From: Candidatus Heimdallarchaeota archaeon
GTDB lineage: Archaea; Asgardarchaeota; Heimdallarchaeia; Heimdallarchaeales; Kariarchaeaceae
DNA length: 32,000 nucleotides
Reading direction: 5' to 3'
Assembly: GCA_030149205.1 (NCBI GenBank)
Contig: JASBSB010000003.1
Span: 420,001 to 452,000 of the forward strand
In this document: in pieces, positions 29,501 to 32,000 of the stretch
Position numbering within the stretch: position 1 is the stretch's first letter
Layout of the letters: the number at the start of each line of letters is the position of its first letter
Position numbers and translations under genes: made by a program
Notes under the pieces: generated by a model
What the model was told of the DNA's origin: nothing
The model's database searches: none
What the model saw: the letters and a program-made list of their open reading frames with translations, nothing else

Positions 29501-29868
29501 TCTCAACACCTTTTGAAAGATTTGTGTCTCTCTCTGCCTATGTCTTATTGAGTGTGACAACCATGGGATATGGAGTCAAATATGAAATCTCTCCTATGAA
29601 AATGCTTGGGACTGCAATCATTTTTGCAGGACTCTTTATAGGTGGTGTATTCCTATTGACAAGTTACAGCAGTGGACAGCCAGTAGATCCTCTTCTTGCT
29701 GCTCTTACTTTCATCATCGGTGGTTTGGGCTTTCTTTACAATGTGTATCTACAGGATGCAGCTAAGAAAAACAAAAGGAACATCTTCATCTCAATGTTCA
29801 TTCCAAAGGTCAGTGAGAGATCTGGTCAAAATGAGAAAACACTAAATGAGGAAACACTACCAGAATAA
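23500..29868 (+). CDS. 2122-aa polytopic membrane protein: double zinc ribbon, coiled coil, low-complexity linker and DUF2339-like TM array
   Basis: TTG start at 23500 overlaps the TPR stop (TTGA), with SD GGAGGTG at 23486-23492. It has four CxxC pairs, an S/T/P/E/K-rich linker and then several dozen hydrophobic segments. Confidence 0.85.
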   Translation: MKVCLNCGHKSSKPINFCSVCGFSIIDENLEIICEKCGAKNLLSRTFCSNCAANIEKGYKMNQARLESLTSRILDLSIKTNSIDKRLNLLIEAAKLGKLSTDRVDLYALGKRQGEEAQFPQTGSSKSTTNVTSSAIEDIKGEDPHHAETSQTAVPQEVKAEGTKAEDRGSIYQQTKSDAIPSYAKIGDNSTKSELTASEGNLKRPKESTIGETTPVSPSKIFEQKQKSEIQADLQTSSVGDVPLESKPSVETTERISAESRIITNPTLSINREVGGLKRIVPSFVKPKFDLKIPITPIKSGRTQRRFDLSSPKKLLSDFGQQIQVGIAVSLLLAGLIFSSFIISSDKFVQNTILYSTGLLTIIGGLLFAKLFWKDQDNLLGNTLISLGYFLALYSSFGTANQLNATILPILPTLLILFSALLLNSESLADISVLGTLFAGWIASQTFIELSWNFGSTWIIMTVLIATLFYLKDKMIQPSILAYFGGAIISLSLLSNTPATGMISLPILISTIPLALIILNQRLDLLPNMMRALYAILLGVPFVAFLIGAATGKLNLYDDVILFSIIAVLSILFANPNLLKKEENRLYSLLNLSLNKYSKIFVPFVSIIFLNHIIETVNQSSTQIARIDFIFFVITPIVLFFSLNLLFSVASTSEEVRTEVQLLNYIPILITESIFFSLSLGLSRFVGNQSLGYLATSFYLILVFVPLTIGILGGIFAKYLKVTDRIMFATQVMTMINTIWLNSYVLIGGDAVLASLAVFLTFLLALYLPGISDLYRKRIYAISLLGSSVLVLLGQLYHRFDQFENPGFIWYLKTNTFLKLETFGPLTVLASFGVIAGLSLFRLVRLVERGQISREAIINSSNPFLKLYYYFERFILNHLEQLFSAALNFSFIAILLTGGFNSQSTTSTVVAFITTLLTLSNGIIIYLSRGRSWLSYIFTGTAIVFSSMYIVNADSYLVIQGNIVLLFLLSFLIMNFESRRNIVQKAERALTREFILGSTLLSSVIVTGSAYLDPTLILVATLVVYSMILSLKYHNSFLSGLGLIVYSVLFTKVNTQFTTSLPYPQLFYVLASITLVLTFGIYLYSQIRGEGLNVTQYEFISRMTNQYPALDTKFFRSIRITFPLIGLLMFSYTPDLNVTFQAIWILILSITLIFSIESSDFDSRLVGPILILYSLFLYLTFQPTGLVNGLVSILGYLLLVGYLSLRNNSEENSTERDVVTLVNNVILSLTFIGAFQFLSAVPELRGLVLVVLATILGLHTKSIRLHSLPVALMFLFSYINPLYVLNTNILNFGYLMIQNKSYTLEAVRTLPILIYVSLVYLRSIRDSKYVSIPVSISVGILFVSGLFTVNGELGFVFLVSLYASLLILALQTEFIEEHILSSLIFILGVTFVGGSDILLGQFGADQILLSNRMIAATGLLLINLIIWKHAELKSLFEINLTKIPLSIVFAVLDGYILFLGSFSSWFSAVYVFTTIILLSVVDLRQNSRYIGIGSGLFGLIVLLSGMFIIPSDHIFKTLPGSLVGLITGISVLVLIFRSRFEELELSTSHFEIGGFISLISVLSLSAFFGSTLEFAILQLVSLFVLTYVNWAINKYEISMITSIGISLNVFIQLFVNPFAIISLSVFLINLVLFMLNQFTEINIKGNMIGIITGFSVVVGGILFGSQSGEQIIAQIPELVTYAGLFNYTWIILFWMWIVDLLIANFVGNLFDDNFLESIGNRLNIPIQEGLSRFTIVLSIIFLNYIPVFLFWRLNSLENTVFLLGNVIVFTLIFLSSLIKRKGEENVNLYIDMITITPALSGFIFSVFFMNIQQQIYSGNQIIQSIISLVLQYAYLGISSLAVLAVVFFFLRNRSEDFEHTSTNILLDIGTFISLASLFVPILTGNFQPLLAVTVLFWMLFITGSVQGGNNVKIKQVVQLFGSFVASYFFIYAFPVQYVTVNYSHGVSLFSIASLSLIANALVAYAYLLVVGENVKENINFTFLAYFRIVISFLAILLLNDFSTPFERFVSLSAYVLLSVTTMGYGVKYEISPMKMLGTAIIFAGLFIGGVFLLTSYSSGQPVDPLLAALTFIIGGLGFLYNVYLQDAAKKNKRNIFISMFIPKVSERSGQNEKTLNEETLPE

Positions 29869-29950
29869 TTTGGAGTAACTAATGCGTGTATAGACTATCA
29901 CAAAATATTAATTCAATTTCAAGAGAGTTTCAATTGAAGAAGGTGAAAAT

Positions 29951-30958
29951 GTGTTAGAAGATGATTTAAAGGAGAGGTTACTCAGACATGATCCAAATGG
30001 AGTGCCTGAGGCTATTGCACTCCTCCTGTCTGATAACACAGAAAGTAAGGCTGAGTTAATTGGATTTATTTTAAGAAACAATCTCACAGAGTTCCTGGAT
30101 GATCTAATCAATGTTGGGGTTGTGGATGAGGAGAAATCCATTCGAGCCATGGCTATCATGGCAGTTGCAAAATTGGGGAACAGAAGTAATGCAACTGACC
30201 TCTTAGATGCAATCTCGCTTGAATCCGATGAAGAGACACTAATGTCAATGATCGAAAGCTTCATCCTGTTTGCTGAGATTAATGACCTGAAAATTGAAGA
30301 GCTTGAACAGTTACTCGAAGTATTACCAATCGAAAGGATCTCAAGTCTACAGAATGCAACCCAATCGAGAATTGAGATGAAGGAAAAGCCTGATCCCCTA
30401 AAAATAAGCTTACCATTACCCCAGGATCAGGATGAAATTGTGGACTTCTTTGTGGATAACAGTGCGACACAAAAACATGTAGGGAAACTTGAGGATCAGA
30501 TTGCAGAAGCAAAGGCAAAAATCAAATTGATTCTGTTGGATCTCGAGCCAAATATCCCTGTCAGCATCTACAGGCTTGCAGAACTGTCTAACACAACCCC
30601 GTACTCATTGGAAAGATATCTTATAGAATTAACTGAGGATGGAACCCTAACAGGAGAATACCTCGAGCTTGAACAGATGTTCATTAAAGGAAGACAGACA
30701 ACATCTGCACTATTAGGAAACATCCCCACAAAGGGACCCCCTCTCTGTTCTGATTGCGGTTCTCCCTCAAGATCATTTCCCTGTGAAAACTGTGGAGGAG
30801 GGATACAGTGTGGTACTTGCAAGCTACTTATTGGAAAGGGAGAAGATATAATTGAATGCCCGGATTGTGGTTCTAAAAACCACAGAACTCATCTCCTTGA
30901 ATGGCTGAAAATCAGAGGTGTCTGTCCCATTTGTAAACGGAAAATTCAAATTAAGTAA
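29951..30958 (+). CDS. HEAT-like repeats + PCI-like winged helix + zinc ribbon + RING-variant finger (candidate E3 ligase)
   Basis: SD AGGTGA 4 nt before GTG; IRAMAIMAVAKLG HEAT-like helix; VSIYRLAEL..LERYLIELTEDGTLTGEY wHTH; C-x2-C-x12-C-x2-C-x4-H-x2-H-x3-W-x6-C-x2-C. Confidence 0.8.
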   Translation: MLEDDLKERLLRHDPNGVPEAIALLLSDNTESKAELIGFILRNNLTEFLDDLINVGVVDEEKSIRAMAIMAVAKLGNRSNATDLLDAISLESDEETLMSMIESFILFAEINDLKIEELEQLLEVLPIERISSLQNATQSRIEMKEKPDPLKISLPLPQDQDEIVDFFVDNSATQKHVGKLEDQIAEAKAKIKLILLDLEPNIPVSIYRLAELSNTTPYSLERYLIELTEDGTLTGEYLELEQMFIKGRQTTSALLGNIPTKGPPLCSDCGSPSRSFPCENCGGGIQCGTCKLLIGKGEDIIECPDCGSKNHRTHLLEWLKIRGVCPICKRKIQIK

Positions 30959-31180
30959 TATGATAAGTTTTGATATAAAATATTCATTCAGTTCATTTAT
31001 TAACTATTGATTATATTAAAACAAAACAAAATTAATTATTATTTAAATTAATTTCATTCTTTACAATCCAAATTAGGAGATTATTAGAATATAGTTCTAT
31101 CATTAGTGTAAGTTAGCAGTTTATTTAGTCATAAGATTCATATTTGTAGTTTTGTCTTGAATTGAATTCCGTTAATTAGA

Positions 31181-32000
31181 TTATTCTACAAAATGAATCT
31201 CATAGGTCTTTTCTGCAAGAAGGGAATATTCATTTAAAATGATTTGATCTTGAATTACATCTATCTCATAAAGAAAAAACCTGAAGAAAATATTGAAATT
31301 GTCTGTAATGCCATATTCAATAAGTAGATTCAAAATCCGTTTGTTTGTTTTTCCTTTAAGCAACAACGTTGGTAAGATAAATTGATGAAGACTAAAAGAG
31401 GACCTTTTGTTACCATGAGAAGCAAATTTTGCCTCTAGGGCTATCACTAGATTTTCGGATTCTATAAAATTATCTACTTCAATTTGGGCCTTGACGGGGA
31501 TTTCTCTTATTTTGTTGTCTTTGCCATCTCTGTACAATAATCCTAATTTTCCTTCAACAGTAGTGTTTAACCTTCCACCAATTGTAAAATTCTCAGTCAA
31601 TCCTAAATATTCTTGAACGAATTTCGAAAACAGATTTAATTCATTAGCTAAAATTATACCAGTTTCTTCATTGTGAAGAGTAAAATGTTTTAATACAGAA
31701 ATTTTATCTATTCGACTTATGTTCAATGTTACTTTTGAAACCTTTGGGTTTTTAAGACTTGGGAAAAGCGTTTTTAATGAAAATTTCTTAGTTTTAATCA
31801 GAACACATCCCCCTAATTGGTTTCTAAACAATTCGACCCCATTTTCTTTTAAAACATCTGGAAGCTCTGAATATCTATAAGTGGGTATCATCTTTACTGG
31901 TTTTACACCTAGATATTTGAAATCAGTTGAGAATAGTTGATATATTACCTCTTCGTCATCATTAAGCCAATTTTGCAGCTTTTTTGAGCTAGGACCTTCA
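31181..32000 (-). CDS. PD-(D/E)XK restriction-endonuclease-like protein (DUF6997-like), 5' end beyond the window
   Basis: AQIEVD..ALEAK motif and SELPDVLKEN / NEETG / GGR segments. The frame stays open from 31891 to 32000 (EGPSSKKLQNWLNDDEEVIYQLFSTDFKYLGVKPVK). Confidence 0.65.
   Translation of the reverse strand, partial: EGPSSKKLQNWLNDDEEVIYQLFSTDFKYLGVKPVKMIPTYRYSELPDVLKENGVELFRNQLGGCVLIKTKKFSLKTLFPSLKNPKVSKVTLNISRIDKISVLKHFTLHNEETGIILANELNLFSKFVQEYLGLTENFTIGGRLNTTVEGKLGLLYRDGKDNKIREIPVKAQIEVDNFIESENLVIALEAKFASHGNKRSSFSLHQFILPTLLLKGKTNKRILNLLIEYGITDNFNIFFRFFLYEIDVIQDQIILNEYSLLAEKTYEIHFVE

Noticed and set aside
1977-30822. Short overlapping ORFs in the track (e.g. 1977..2369, 5216..5662, 14149..14397, 19546..19827, 29908..30264)
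   Set aside because: They lie antisense or out of frame within well-supported genes and have no recognisable motifs.

Overview
AT-rich archaeal chromosome segment, most consistent with an Asgard archaeon (Heimdallarchaeia-like). This is an inference from rps8e, archaeal GGTGA-type ribosome-binding sites, TATA boxes about 21-25 nt upstream of several start codons, an Asgard-type longin protein and several zinc-ribbon/RING proteins. Left part: rps8e, two small His-containing membrane genes (one split by a -1 frameshift the ORF track missed), K+-independent H+-pyrophosphatase, a MinD/ParA ATPase next to a longin-winged-helix gene, an orphan extended IorB and a protein with an internal domain duplication. 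Middle: a DUF3800 (RNase H-fold) gene with a compact two-hairpin candidate ncRNA at its stop codon, and a PD-(D/E)XK protein with a 27-bp intragenic tandem repeat. These are followed by an S9 peptidase, a YgiD dioxygenase, a cupredoxin-fused CopA, a geranylgeranyl reductase preceded by an unannotated 57-aa basic ORF, an ApcT-like permease and a Bacteroidota-like type II MenB. Right part: a membrane-anchored RING gene divergent from a TPR / 2122-aa zinc-ribbon polytopic membrane protein / HEAT-winged-helix-RING gene run (candidate membrane ubiquitin-ligase system), then a 5'-truncated PD-(D/E)XK nuclease-like gene. No tRNA, rRNA, CRISPR array or transposase was recognised. Family assignments come from motif recognition by eye, not database searches.
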